A stretch of DNA of 64,000 bases, taken from contig CBDCVC010000003.1 in the NCBI GenBank assembly GCA_965222875.1, positions 706,567 to 770,566 on the forward strand. The letters are read 5' to 3'. Below, piece after piece: positions 18,922-31,270 of this stretch. Position numbers and translations under genes: made by a program. The notes under the pieces were generated by a model, which worked only from the letters and a program-made list of their open reading frames with translations, had not been told where the DNA came from and made no database searches. Positions within the stretch are counted from its first letter, which is position 1, and every line of letters starts with the position of its first letter. The DNA is from Candidatus Multivorans sp. (GTDB lineage Bacteria; Acidobacteriota; Thermoanaerobaculia; Multivoradales; Multivoraceae).

Positions 18922-20103
18922 ATGGCTTCCCATCCAGCAACCATCGAATGGCATCCAGCCATCATCGAATCGACCCTCCGTGAAGGCGAGCAGTTCGCCA
19001 ACGCCTTCTTCGACAGTGAGCAGAAGGTGGAGATCGCACGTATGCTCGACGCGTTCGGGGTCGAGTACCTCGAATTGACCTCGCCTGCGGCCAGCCGCCG
19101 CAGCCGGGACGACTGTGAACGGGTGGCGAAGCTGGGGCTGCGAGCCAAGGTGCTGACCCATACCCGCTGTCACAAGGGCGACGCGAAACTGGCGCTCGAG
19201 ACCGGCGTCGACGGCATCGACGTCGTGTTCGGCACCTCCCGCTACCTGCGGGAGTACTCGCACGGCAAGAGCATGGACGAGGTGATCGAGACCGCGATCG
19301 AGGTGGTCCAGTACATCCGGTCGCACGATGTCGAGGTCCGCTTCAGCACCGAGGACTCGTTCCGCAGCGAGCTGGCCGACCTGATCCGCGCCTACCGGGC
19401 GGTGAACGCGGTGGGTGTGAACCGCGTGGGCGTCGCGGACACCGTGGGGGTGGCGAGTCCCCGGCAGGTCTACGACCTGGTGCGGCGTCTGCGGCAGGAA
19501 GTGGACTGCGACATCGAGTTCCATGGCCACAACGACACGGGTTGCGCGGTGGCCAACGCGTTCTGCGCCCTGGAGGCGGGGGCTACCCACGTCGACACCT
19601 CGGTGCTCGGGATCGGCGAACGGAACGGCATCACGCCGCTCGGGGGCCTGGTGGCGCGCCTCTACGCCGAGGATCCCCCGGGCGTGCGCGCGCGTTACGA
19701 CCTGCCGCTGCTGCGCGAGATCGAGAACTACGTCGCCTCCCTGGTCGAGGTCGACGTGCCGTTCAACAACTACATCACCGGCTACACGGCCTTCACCCAC
19801 AAAGCCGGCATTCACGCGAAGGCGATCCTCAACGATCCCTCGAGCTACGAGATCCTCGATCCGGCCGACTTCGGGCTCGACCGGTACGTCCATGTGGCCC
19901 ACCGGCTGACCGGTTGGAACGCGATCAAGTCCCGTGTCGAGCAGTTGCGCCTGGAGCTCACCGACGCGCAGATCAAGGAGATCACGGCCCACATCAAGGC
20001 GCTGGCGGACGAGAAGCCGCTTAGCCTCTCGGACGTGGACACGCTGCTACGCGAGTACCACACGGCGGAGCCGCTGCCGGCGGTCGCCGGAGCGACAGGG
20101 TGA
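18922..20103 (+). CDS. Homocitrate synthase (LeuA-family catalytic domain without LeuA regulatory domain)
   Basis: [12 protein letters not shown]...HTRCH...[16 protein letters not shown]. 393 aa, close in layout to Thermus-type HCS / NifV. A citramalate-synthase role cannot be fully excluded. Confidence 0.75.
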   Translation: MASHPATIEWHPAIIESTLREGEQFANAFFDSEQKVEIARMLDAFGVEYLELTSPAASRRSRDDCERVAKLGLRAKVLTHTRCHKGDAKLALETGVDGIDVVFGTSRYLREYSHGKSMDEVIETAIEVVQYIRSHDVEVRFSTEDSFRSELADLIRAYRAVNAVGVNRVGVADTVGVASPRQVYDLVRRLRQEVDCDIEFHGHNDTGCAVANAFCALEAGATHVDTSVLGIGERNGITPLGGLVARLYAEDPPGVRARYDLPLLREIENYVASLVEVDVPFNNYITGYTAFTHKAGIHAKAILNDPSSYEILDPADFGLDRYVHVAHRLTGWNAIKSRVEQLRLELTDAQIKEITAHIKALADEKPLSLSDVDTLLREYHTAEPLPAVAGATG

Positions 20104-21455
20104 CCCAGTCCGGTCGGCCGGCCGACACCGCCCGCACCTTCGCGCAGAAGGCGCTGGCGCGAGCCAGCGGGCAGCAGACGGTGGCGGTCGGCGAGATCGT
20201 CGACGCGCGTCCCGACATCGCGCTCAGCCACGACAACACGGCGCCGATCGCAGAGATCTGGCGGCAGTTCGGGCAGCCCCGGGTCGCCATCCCGGAGCGG
20301 ATGGCCGTCACCCTCGACCACGCCGTGCCGGCGTCGACCGTTCGTCACGCCCAGAACCACTCGGAAGTCCGGGCCTTCGTCGCCGAGCAGGGCGTCGGTC
20401 ACTTCTTCGAGGTCGGTCGGGGCATCTGCCACCAGGTGCTGAGCGAGGAGGCGGTCGTGCTGCCGGGTGATGTGATCCTCGGTTCCGACTCCCATACGCC
20501 CCACTTCGGCTGGCTGGGAGCCTTCGGCGCCGGCGTCGGTCGAAGCGAGATGGCTGTCTTGTGGGCCACCGGCGAGCTGTGGCTGCGGGTGCCGGAGTCG
20601 ATCCGGATCGGGCTCGAAGGTGTGCTCGGCGACTGGGTGACCACGAAGGACGCGGCGCTGACGCTGATCGGCGATTTGGGGTCGGATGGCGCGCTCTACC
20701 GCAGCGTCGAGTTCGATGGGCCGGCGATCGCTGGTCTGAGCCTCGACTCGCGCGCGGCGCTCGTCAACATGATGGCCGAGATGGGGGCGAAGAACGCGTA
20801 CATGCAGTCGGACGAGGACGTGTTCCGGTACCTGGCCGAACGGCTGCTGGCACGGCCGGGACGTCGCGCGGGCCGCGGGGCGGAGGCCGGCGAGACGGCG
20901 GAGGCGGTGGCGGCCCGGCTGGAGAGGGGGGCGCTCTATCCCGATCCCGGTGCGGTCTACTCGGCCGATCACCTGCTCGATCTGTCGGCCGTCGAGCCCC
21001 GGGTGGCGCGCCCGCACCACGTCGACGACACGGTGGCGGTTGGCGAGCTCGACTCGGTGCGGGTCGACCAGGCGTTCATCGGCACCTGCACGAACGGGCG
21101 GATCGAGGATCTCGGCGCGGTTCACCGCGTGATGGCAGGACGCCGGCTCGCCCGCGGCACGCGCATGGTCATCGTGCCCGCGTCCAGTGAGGTCTGGAAC
21201 GAGGCCCTGGCGCGCGGCTGGGTCGCCGACCTCGCCGACGCCGGCGCCGTCTTCGGCACTCCGGGCTGCGGCCCGTGCATGGGCAATCATCTCGGTGTGC
21301 TGGCGCCGGGCGAGGTGTGCATCTCCAGCGCCAACCGGAACTTCCAGGGCCGGATGGGGGACCGGGGCGCGGAGATCTACCTGGCGTCGCCGGCTGTGGT
21401 CGCGGCCAGCGCGGTGGCGGGCCGGATCGTCCACCCGGGGGAGGTCGTGGGATGA
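20100..21455 (+). CDS. Homoaconitase / 3-isopropylmalate dehydratase large subunit (aconitase family)
   Basis: Aconitase-family cysteines and motifs (GICHQV, GSDSHTP, GTCTNGR, GCGPCMG). Start overlaps the upstream stop. Confidence 0.85.
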   Translation: MTQSGRPADTARTFAQKALARASGQQTVAVGEIVDARPDIALSHDNTAPIAEIWRQFGQPRVAIPERMAVTLDHAVPASTVRHAQNHSEVRAFVAEQGVGHFFEVGRGICHQVLSEEAVVLPGDVILGSDSHTPHFGWLGAFGAGVGRSEMAVLWATGELWLRVPESIRIGLEGVLGDWVTTKDAALTLIGDLGSDGALYRSVEFDGPAIAGLSLDSRAALVNMMAEMGAKNAYMQSDEDVFRYLAERLLARPGRRAGRGAEAGETAEAVAARLERGALYPDPGAVYSADHLLDLSAVEPRVARPHHVDDTVAVGELDSVRVDQAFIGTCTNGRIEDLGAVHRVMAGRRLARGTRMVIVPASSEVWNEALARGWVADLADAGAVFGTPGCGPCMGNHLGVLAPGEVCISSANRNFQGRMGDRGAEIYLASPAVVAASAVAGRIVHPGEVVG

Positions 21456-21967
21456 GCGTTCCGGTCGATGTGGGACGGCCCTTCCGAGGCCGGGTCTTCC
21501 GCTACGGCGACCACGTGAACACGGACGTCATCTTCCCCGGTCGCTACACGTACACGAAGAGCCGGCCGGAGGAGGTCGCGCCCCACGCCCTGGAGGACCT
21601 CGACCCGACGTTCGTTGAGCGCGTGGGCTCAGGCGACGTGATCGTCGCCGGCTGGAACTGGGGCTGCGGCTCGAGCCGCGAGCAGGCCGCGGTGTGCCTA
21701 CGCTACGCCGGTGTCGGCGCGGTGGCGCGCAGCTTTGGCCGCATCTTCTACCGCAATGCACTGAACAACGGTCTGCTCGCGATCGTCTGCCCGGAGGCGG
21801 TCGACTCGCTGGAGGAAGGTGCCGAAGTGGAGGTGGATCTTGAGGGGTCGATCATCCGCTGCGGCAGTTCCGGTTTCGGTTTCTCACCCTTCAGCCCGGC
21901 CGTCCGCTCGATGATCGCGGTCGGCGGCCTGATCGAGCAGACGAAACGGCGTCTGGCGGCGGGGTAG
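21452..21967 (+). CDS. Homoaconitase / 3-isopropylmalate dehydratase small subunit
   Basis: LeuD-like swivel domain ([14 protein letters not shown]...[14 protein letters not shown]). ATG 21452 overlaps the large-subunit stop. Confidence 0.85.
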   Translation: MSVPVDVGRPFRGRVFRYGDHVNTDVIFPGRYTYTKSRPEEVAPHALEDLDPTFVERVGSGDVIVAGWNWGCGSSREQAAVCLRYAGVGAVARSFGRIFYRNALNNGLLAIVCPEAVDSLEEGAEVEVDLEGSIIRCGSSGFGFSPFSPAVRSMIAVGGLIEQTKRRLAAG

Positions 21968-21974
21968 CCGTACC

Positions 21975-23042
21975 GTGACGCGAAGCCGCGACGAATTGGC
22001 CTCGGCACCGGTCCGTCTCGCTCGGATTGGCGGCGACGGAATAGGCCCCGAGGTCGTTGACGCCGCGGTGCGCGTCGTCGACGCGGTCTGCGGCGGCCGG
22101 GTCGACTGGGTCGAAACCGAGATGGGCTGGGGGACCTTCGACCGGACCGGTCGCGCGCTGCCCGAGGCCACGGTCGAGATCCTCGAAGGCTGCGCCGGCG
22201 GCCTGTTCGGCGCCGTCTCGTCACCGAGCCATGCGGTTGGCGGCTACCGCAGTCCGATCGTCGAACTAAGGCGTCGTCTCGATCTCTACGCGAACGTGCG
22301 GCCGCTCCGCGGCGGAGCCGTCGACGCCGTCGTCGTCCGAGAGAACACGGAAGGTCTCTACGCCGGCCGCGAACGCTGGGAGCGGGAGAACGAAGTGGCG
22401 GTGGCGGAGCGGGTGATCAGCCGCCGGGCGACAGAACGGATCGCCCGCTTCGCCTGCGAACTCGCGGTGTCCCGCGCGGCTCGCTCAGGAAGCTCGCCTC
22501 GGCTCACCGTCGTTCACAAAGCAAACGTCCTGCGCCTGAGCGACGGCTTGTTCCGGGAGGCATCACTCGAAGTTGCCGCCGGTTTCCCGGAGATCGAGGT
22601 CGAGGAGCAGCTCGTCGACTCCATGGTCTACCGGCTGATCCTCGAGCCGGAGCGGTACGACGTGATCGTCGCCCCCAACCTCTACGGCGACATCCTGAGC
22701 GACGCCGGCGCCGCCCTGGTCGGCGGCCTCGGCGTCGTGGGCTCGGCCAACTGCGGCGAGCACTTCTGCCTCGCCGAGCCGGTGCACGGCAGTGCCCCGG
22801 ACATCGCCGGCCGGGGAATCGCGAATCCGATCGCCGCCTTGGCCGCCGCAGCGCTCTTGCTGGAGCGGGTCGGTCTTGCCGACGCCGCAGTCCGCGTCCA
22901 GGAGGTCCTCGCTGAGCACCGGGCGGCCGGCCCTCGAACCCCCGACCGGGGCGGCGCGGCGACGACGGCGGACGCGGTCGCGGACATGCTGGCGCGGTCG
23001 GACTCGGGTTTGGCCGCCGGAGAGGGACACTCGCCACCGTAG
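21975..23042 (+). CDS. Homoisocitrate / isopropylmalate / isocitrate dehydrogenase family (beta-decarboxylating dehydrogenase)
   Basis: VRLARIGGDGIGPEV...LYANVRPL...VVVRENTEGLYAG...NLYGDILSD...GSAPDIAG motifs. Confidence 0.85.
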   Translation: MTRSRDELASAPVRLARIGGDGIGPEVVDAAVRVVDAVCGGRVDWVETEMGWGTFDRTGRALPEATVEILEGCAGGLFGAVSSPSHAVGGYRSPIVELRRRLDLYANVRPLRGGAVDAVVVRENTEGLYAGRERWERENEVAVAERVISRRATERIARFACELAVSRAARSGSSPRLTVVHKANVLRLSDGLFREASLEVAAGFPEIEVEEQLVDSMVYRLILEPERYDVIVAPNLYGDILSDAGAALVGGLGVVGSANCGEHFCLAEPVHGSAPDIAGRGIANPIAALAAAALLLERVGLADAAVRVQEVLAEHRAAGPRTPDRGGAATTADAVADMLARSDSGLAAGEGHSPP

Positions 23043-23112
23043 AGGTATTGGACGCAGAGTTTGGTGTCGGAGCGGACGCGGTAGGCTCCCTGCAACCCAG
23101 AGGTTGGAGAAA

Positions 23113-23427
23113 ATGGTCGATCAAGAGACTCTCGACGAGATCATCCGCCGTGTGGTCGAGGTCGTTGAGCCTGAGCGGATCATTCTCTTCGGCTCGGCGG
23201 CGCGAGGCGAGATGGGACCGCACAGCGATGTTGACCTGCTGATCATCAAGGACGATTCGAATTTGCGCGGTCTGACCGGCAGGATCTATCGGCGGCTGCA
23301 CGGTGTCGGAGCCGCCGTGGACGCGGTCATGGTCACTCCCGAAGACGTGAGGCGATACAAGGACAGCCATGCACTGGTGATCAAACCCGCATTGCGGGAG
23401 GGCAAGGTGGTCTATGAAGCCGCCTGA
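23113..23427 (+). CDS. Minimal nucleotidyltransferase (MNT) antitoxin-type protein
   Basis: ILFGSAARGEMGPHSDVDLLII is the GS...D.D nucleotidyltransferase motif. Overlaps the downstream HEPN gene. Lower GC than surroundings. Confidence 0.75.
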   Translation: MVDQETLDEIIRRVVEVVEPERIILFGSAARGEMGPHSDVDLLIIKDDSNLRGLTGRIYRRLHGVGAAVDAVMVTPEDVRRYKDSHALVIKPALREGKVVYEAA

Positions 23428-23806
23428 ACGCTTCCCGCCGGATGATCCACGGGAGTGGATGAACCGGGCCAAGAGCAACCTGGCACTCGCCAGGGAGTCG
23501 AAACCGACCGTCTACCTCGAGGATCTGTGCTTCGACGCTCAGCAGGCGGCGGAGAAGGCGATCAAGGCCGTGATGATCGCGCGGGGCGTCGACTTTCCCT
23601 ACGTCCATGATCTCGCTCATTTGCTTTCTCTGCTTGAAGACGCAGGGGAGACGATCCCGGGCGAAGTCCGAAGAGCAGAAGCGCTTACGCAGTACGCCTG
23701 GGCGACTCGGTATCCCGGCACCGAGAGTCCGGTTACGCCGAATGAGCACTCGAAAGCAGTAGAGATGGCGGAGGCGGTTGTTTCATGGGCTCAGACGAGC
23801 TTGTGA
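23414..23806 (+). CDS. HEPN-domain protein (partner of the MNT gene)
   Basis: 130 aa all-alpha protein immediately downstream of and overlapping the MNT gene. Classic MNT-HEPN arrangement. Confidence 0.7.
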   Translation: MKPPERFPPDDPREWMNRAKSNLALARESKPTVYLEDLCFDAQQAAEKAIKAVMIARGVDFPYVHDLAHLLSLLEDAGETIPGEVRRAEALTQYAWATRYPGTESPVTPNEHSKAVEMAEAVVSWAQTSL

Positions 23807-23933
23807 ACTACTCACTCATGTCGCTAGGCAGGGCTGGTAGAGCCGCGAAGCCCGGCGACGGGCTCGGAAAAGAGGGCTGGCGGAACACTCCCGTTGGTAT
23901 TCTCCGCTCCTTTGGGGAGGGGGGTCCAGGCCG

Positions 23934-24536
23934 ATGACCACAACCGGGACGGTTTGGGCTGGAGCGTACGAACACCCGGACAAGGGCCGCCGTCTGGCGC
24001 AACCCGTCCAAGGATTTCCAGTTTGCGGCCTCGCTGCAGACGAACGAGGCCTTGGCCTAGCACAGCTATTGGCATCGCGAGCGGCCTGCAGAGATGCAAG
24101 ACGCATCGGCGTTTGGTTGGACCTTCATACGGCGCGAGTATTAGCCGGCACGATGCGCGGCGTAGGCAAGGAACCGCCTGCGCACGCGGTCTACTTGATC
24201 GGCGACCGAACGGACGGCTCAGCGTACGTCGGAGTCGCCGAGCGCGCATGGCACAGGCTGCGTGAACACCTCAAGGGCGAGGGCCTCGCTGACCGCCGTA
24301 TTCGGGCACGTGTCCTCTTGGGACATCGGTTGGAGTTCCGATTCCCCGGCGGCGGTCTGACCAGGAAGGAAGCGCTCGACTTCGAAACAAAGTTGATTCG
24401 CAGCCTTGAGCGACCGCTGAACGTGCGCAAGCAGCGCGGCCAATGGCGAGACTTGCTGCCGGAGGACCTCGATGTTCCGCCGCTACCAAGACTCGAACTC
24501 ATGCTGAACTGGGCCGCTGTCACCTTGCGCGCCTAG
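23934..24536 (+). CDS. Hypothetical protein with GIY-YIG-like nuclease motif
   Basis: AVYLIGDRTDGSAYVGVAERAWHRLREHLKG resembles the GIY-YIG core. Lower-GC region. Confidence 0.4.
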   Translation: MTTTGTVWAGAYEHPDKGRRLAQPVQGFPVCGLAADERGLGLAQLLASRAACRDARRIGVWLDLHTARVLAGTMRGVGKEPPAHAVYLIGDRTDGSAYVGVAERAWHRLREHLKGEGLADRRIRARVLLGHRLEFRFPGGGLTRKEALDFETKLIRSLERPLNVRKQRGQWRDLLPEDLDVPPLPRLELMLNWAAVTLRA

Positions 24537-24650
24537 GCGTCCTACTAGCGCTAGCCGGCGGCAACCGCCACCTGCGATCCCCCGTGGGCGTAGTCGAGAT
24601 GTTTCTTCTCTTGGATATCGGTGTGTACGGACATCACGCCCCGGCTGCTA

Positions 24651-25040
24651 CTAGGTCGGGTCTAAGGGGCTTAGCGGTCTTCGACGCTGGAACCAGAACG
24701 GCTTCCGCTGCAGCTTTTCGCCCGCGATCTCGTTCATCGACAGGGCATCGAAGATGCGGCCGCCTACCATGACGTAGCGGACGAGTTCGGAGTTGCGGAG
24801 GTTCTCGATCGGGGTCCCTTCGAGGCCGATCAGGTCGGCCAGCTTGACGGCCTCGAGCGAGCCGAGGTCGGCCTCCATGCCAATGTGGCGGGCGCCCTTG
24901 ATCGTGCTGGCGATCAGCGCGCGGTGCCGGTTCGTCCCGCCTTGCTCGAACATCCAGATTGCCCGTCGAGTGGCGAGACCTCCGCGCCGGTCGTGGGCGC
25001 CGTGCATGAGCGGCACGCCGGCCGGCCGTGGTCGTTGACG
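24651..25040 (-). pseudogene. Orphan 3'-terminal fragment, a paralogous copy of the C-terminus of the TolB-propeller/amidohydrolase gene at 25597..28953
   Basis: nt 24676-25040 align at about 85% identity with 25597-25960. The encoded peptide ...WMFEQGG..HRALIA...GMEADLGSLEA.KLADLI...SELVRYVMVGGRIFDALSMNEIAGEK.QRKPFWFQR is about 80% identical to the C-terminus of the full gene. Stop codon lost (TAG to TCG). No N-terminal part. Confidence 0.75.
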
Positions 25041-25157
25041 ACGCGGGCGGTGAGCATGCGGTTGTACGCGCCGTCCGGCGCCTTCTGGCAGCGGCCTGCG
25101 CGGGCGTCGATCTCCTTCTGCGGCGTCGTTCAGCAATCGCTCGTTGTCTCAGGCGTC

Positions 25158-25583
25158 TCAGTCTTCGACCAGGCGCTTACCCATGCTCAGAACATCGTCT
25201 TCCGCGTATCCGATCGAGCGGTAGAACTCGGCGGCCTCGGCGTTCGATCGCCTGACGTGGAGGCTGATCTTCGGACAGCCGATCTCGCGCAGCCGTGCTT
25301 CGGCCTCGTCCATCACGAGCCGCCTGAGCCCCTGCTCTCTGCTGTCCGGAGCAACGGCAATATAGTTGGTCCAACCGCGGTGGCCCTCGTACCCTGCCAT
25401 GCCGGTCGCGACCAGCCGGCCGTTGTCGAGTCCGACCAGAAACAGATCCCGCTGGATCCGCAGTTTGCGCTCAATATCCTTCACCGGGTCGTTCCAGGGC
25501 CTGACCAGCTCGCACTCCCGCCACAGGGCGACCACGGCGTCTTGGTCCGCCTTGCGATAGGGGCGGATCTCCAGCCGCTCCAT
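25158..25583 (-). CDS. GNAT-family N-acetyltransferase
   Basis: 141 aa: LVATGMAGYEGHRGWTNYIAVAPDSREQGLRRLVMDEAEARLREIGCPKISLHV is the GNAT motif A region. About 62% GC against about 70% background. Confidence 0.85.
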   Translation of the reverse strand: MERLEIRPYRKADQDAVVALWRECELVRPWNDPVKDIERKLRIQRDLFLVGLDNGRLVATGMAGYEGHRGWTNYIAVAPDSREQGLRRLVMDEAEARLREIGCPKISLHVRRSNAEAAEFYRSIGYAEDDVLSMGKRLVED

Positions 25584-25596
25584 TGACAGTGGGACC

Positions 25597-28953
<3,357 letters not shown>

Positions 28954-29003
28954 GCCCGGAGTCTACGACCGATTGCACAGACCTTAGCCCGGCGTGCCGC
29001 CCC

Positions 29004-30863
29004 TTAGACTGCCTTCGTCCGCTCGTCGGCGAGGCGGAACTCCTGGTGCCAGGTGGAGTCGCCGCCGTCGCCCTTGCGGTCGACGACCACGTCGACGAGG
29101 AAGGGTTCGCCGGCGCGGGTGGCTTCGATGCCGCGGCGGATCGCCGGCCGGAGGTCGGCCGCCGACTCGACGGTTGTGCCGTCGACGCCCTGGCTTCGGG
29201 CGAGACCGGCGAAGTCGATGTCGGGGTCGCCGAGGTGCATGCCGGTGTAGCGGTTCTCCGCCTTCATCTTGCCGTCGTAGCGGGCGTAGGCGAGGCGGAC
29301 GGTCTGGTAGTTCCGGTTGTTGGTGACCACCGTCAGGACCGGCACGCCGTAGCGGGCCTGGGTCCAGAAGCCGGAGGCGCTGTACATCACCGAGCCGTCG
29401 CCGATGTTGCAGACGACCTGGCGGTCGGGTTGGCCGAGCTTGGCGCCGGTCGAAGCGCCGATGCCCCAGCCGAGACCGGCGCCGGACGTAGCGAGCCAGG
29501 TCTTCTCGTTGTCGCGGTGGCCGGTGGAGAAGAACTGGTTCGAGCCGCTCAGGTTCTCACTGACGATGATCGCGTTCGGGTCGAGTTCCGTCTCGAGTAC
29601 ATGGCCCAGCTCGTCGGCGTGGATCGGACTGCGGCCGACATTCGCCCGGTCGAGCTGGGGCGGCTTGCGCGCGGCCTCCGGGCGCGACGCGCGGATCTTC
29701 TTGCGGCGCTCTTCCGTGGTCAGCGATTCGACCGCTTCCGCCAAGGCCTCGGCGGCCAGCTTCGTGTTCGCGACGAGGGCGCGGCCGAACGGCCGGTCGC
29801 CGCCGATCGCCCCCGTGTTGAGGCCGATCCAGGCGCTCTGCGAGCCCTCGGCGTCGGGGCCGGCGGCGGCGGTGCCGCCGATGTCGCCGACGCCGATGCG
29901 GAGAACGAAGTCACGGTCGCGGCTGCTGTAGCCGCCGGCATACAGCGGATGCATGCGCGGGAAGCTGTGGAACGGCCAGTTCACGTCGCCCACTGGGACC
30001 TGCAGCAGTTCGGCCAGCTCGAGCACGGCCTGCTGCGCGCCGGCCTTGCTGATCTCGTCGCCGACGTGGATGATCGGCGCCTCGGCCTCGATCAGCATCC
30101 GCGCCACCGCCTCGATGTCCTCGTCCCGGGCCGGGATGTCGTCCGGGATGATGAAGGAGGCCCGGTCGTGGATCGCGGCGCTGATGCCCTTCGCCTCCAG
30201 GGCGTGGTTGGCCAGGGCCAGGTAGGTCGGGCCGCCGGGAGCAGTCGTCGCCACCTTGAAGGCCCGGCGGAGCATCACCGGGATCGAGCCGGGGTCGCGG
30301 GTCTCCCAGGACATCTTCGTGAACTGGCGGTTCACGTCCTTCTGGTCGAAGCCGGGCCTGGGCCCCAGCAGCAGGTTGTCGTCCTGCATCTCGTTGTCGA
30401 GCAGGCCGGCGGTGACGATCAGCGCCGAGCCGTCCCGGCTCGAGTTGTAGAGCTGACCGGCGGACTGCGCGGTACCTGCGATGACGTGGACGTTGACGAA
30501 GCCGGGTTCGCCGGAGGCCTTGTGGTAGCCATCGGCCATCGAGATGACGATGCCTTCGTGCAGCCCCATGATGAGCTGCATGCCCGGTCGGTCGAGGAAG
30601 GCGTCGAAGAATCCGACCTCGAACGAGCCGGGGTTCGTGAACAGGAATCGGGTGCCGGCCGCGGCCATCTGCTCGACCATCAGTTCGCCGCCGGTTCCGC
30701 GGGCCGTGCGGCTGCCGGAATCGGGATCGGCGTTCGCCGCGGCTGCCGCCGCGTTCGCCGTGGACTCGGCGATCGTGCCGGTCAGACCGAGCGCCGTCAG
30801 GGCCTGGATGAAGCCGCGGCGAGAGAGATCGTTGCGGAGGAAGCGGTAGACCAGGTCGTTCAC
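29004..30863 (-). CDS. Thiamine-pyrophosphate-dependent enzyme (acetolactate-synthase / benzoylformate-decarboxylase superfamily) with twin-arginine signal
   Basis: Tat motif LSRRGFIQALTALGLTG. TPP-enzyme N-terminal Pyr domain and C-terminal PP domain (CNIGDGSVMYSASGFWTQARYGVPVLTVVTNNRNY). Confidence 0.8.
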   Translation of the reverse strand: MNDLVYRFLRNDLSRRGFIQALTALGLTGTIAESTANAAAAAANADPDSGSRTARGTGGELMVEQMAAAGTRFLFTNPGSFEVGFFDAFLDRPGMQLIMGLHEGIVISMADGYHKASGEPGFVNVHVIAGTAQSAGQLYNSSRDGSALIVTAGLLDNEMQDDNLLLGPRPGFDQKDVNRQFTKMSWETRDPGSIPVMLRRAFKVATTAPGGPTYLALANHALEAKGISAAIHDRASFIIPDDIPARDEDIEAVARMLIEAEAPIIHVGDEISKAGAQQAVLELAELLQVPVGDVNWPFHSFPRMHPLYAGGYSSRDRDFVLRIGVGDIGGTAAAGPDAEGSQSAWIGLNTGAIGGDRPFGRALVANTKLAAEALAEAVESLTTEERRKKIRASRPEAARKPPQLDRANVGRSPIHADELGHVLETELDPNAIIVSENLSGSNQFFSTGHRDNEKTWLATSGAGLGWGIGASTGAKLGQPDRQVVCNIGDGSVMYSASGFWTQARYGVPVLTVVTNNRNYQTVRLAYARYDGKMKAENRYTGMHLGDPDIDFAGLARSQGVDGTTVESAADLRPAIRRGIEATRAGEPFLVDVVVDRKGDGGDSTWHQEFRLADERTKAV

Positions 30864-31026
30864 GGTGGGCCTCCCTTGTCGTCAGGATGTGGTTGCGTCA
30901 GCGTAGCAGCCAGGCACGAGGCGCTCGGCAACGAAACGTCTTTCGCTGCTATGATCGCGCGCCCAACGAGACCGCCGCGGCGCCCGAAGCGGGCCTTCAG
31001 CACGATGGCGCGGCGATGGAGTCGAC

Positions 31027-31266
31027 ATGCCCAGAATCTGCCAGATCACCGGCAAGAAGCCGCTCAGCGGCCATAACATCTCCCACGCGCACAACGTCAC
31101 GAACAAGTGGCAGCGGCCGAACATTCAGGCCAAGCGGCTGTACGTCCCCGAACTCAAGCGGACGATCAAGCTCAAGGTGTCGACGCGCGCCCTGCGGACG
31201 ATCGACAAGAAGGGCCTGGTGACCTATCTCAAGAGTCAGGGCCTGACCCTGCGCGACGTCACGTAG
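31027..31266 (+). CDS. rpmB: 50S ribosomal protein L28
   Basis: MPRICQITGKKPLSGHNISHAHNVTNKWQRPNIQAKRLYVPELKRTIKLKVSTRALRTIDKKG is canonical L28. Confidence 0.9.
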   Translation: MPRICQITGKKPLSGHNISHAHNVTNKWQRPNIQAKRLYVPELKRTIKLKVSTRALRTIDKKGLVTYLKSQGLTLRDVT

Positions 31267-31270
31267 GCGT

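Noticed and set aside
21884-22224. Minus-strand ORFs overlapping the start of the dehydrogenase gene.
   Set aside because: Antisense to a strongly supported gene (GDGIGPEV motif in the + frame). Arg/Pro-rich composition artefacts.
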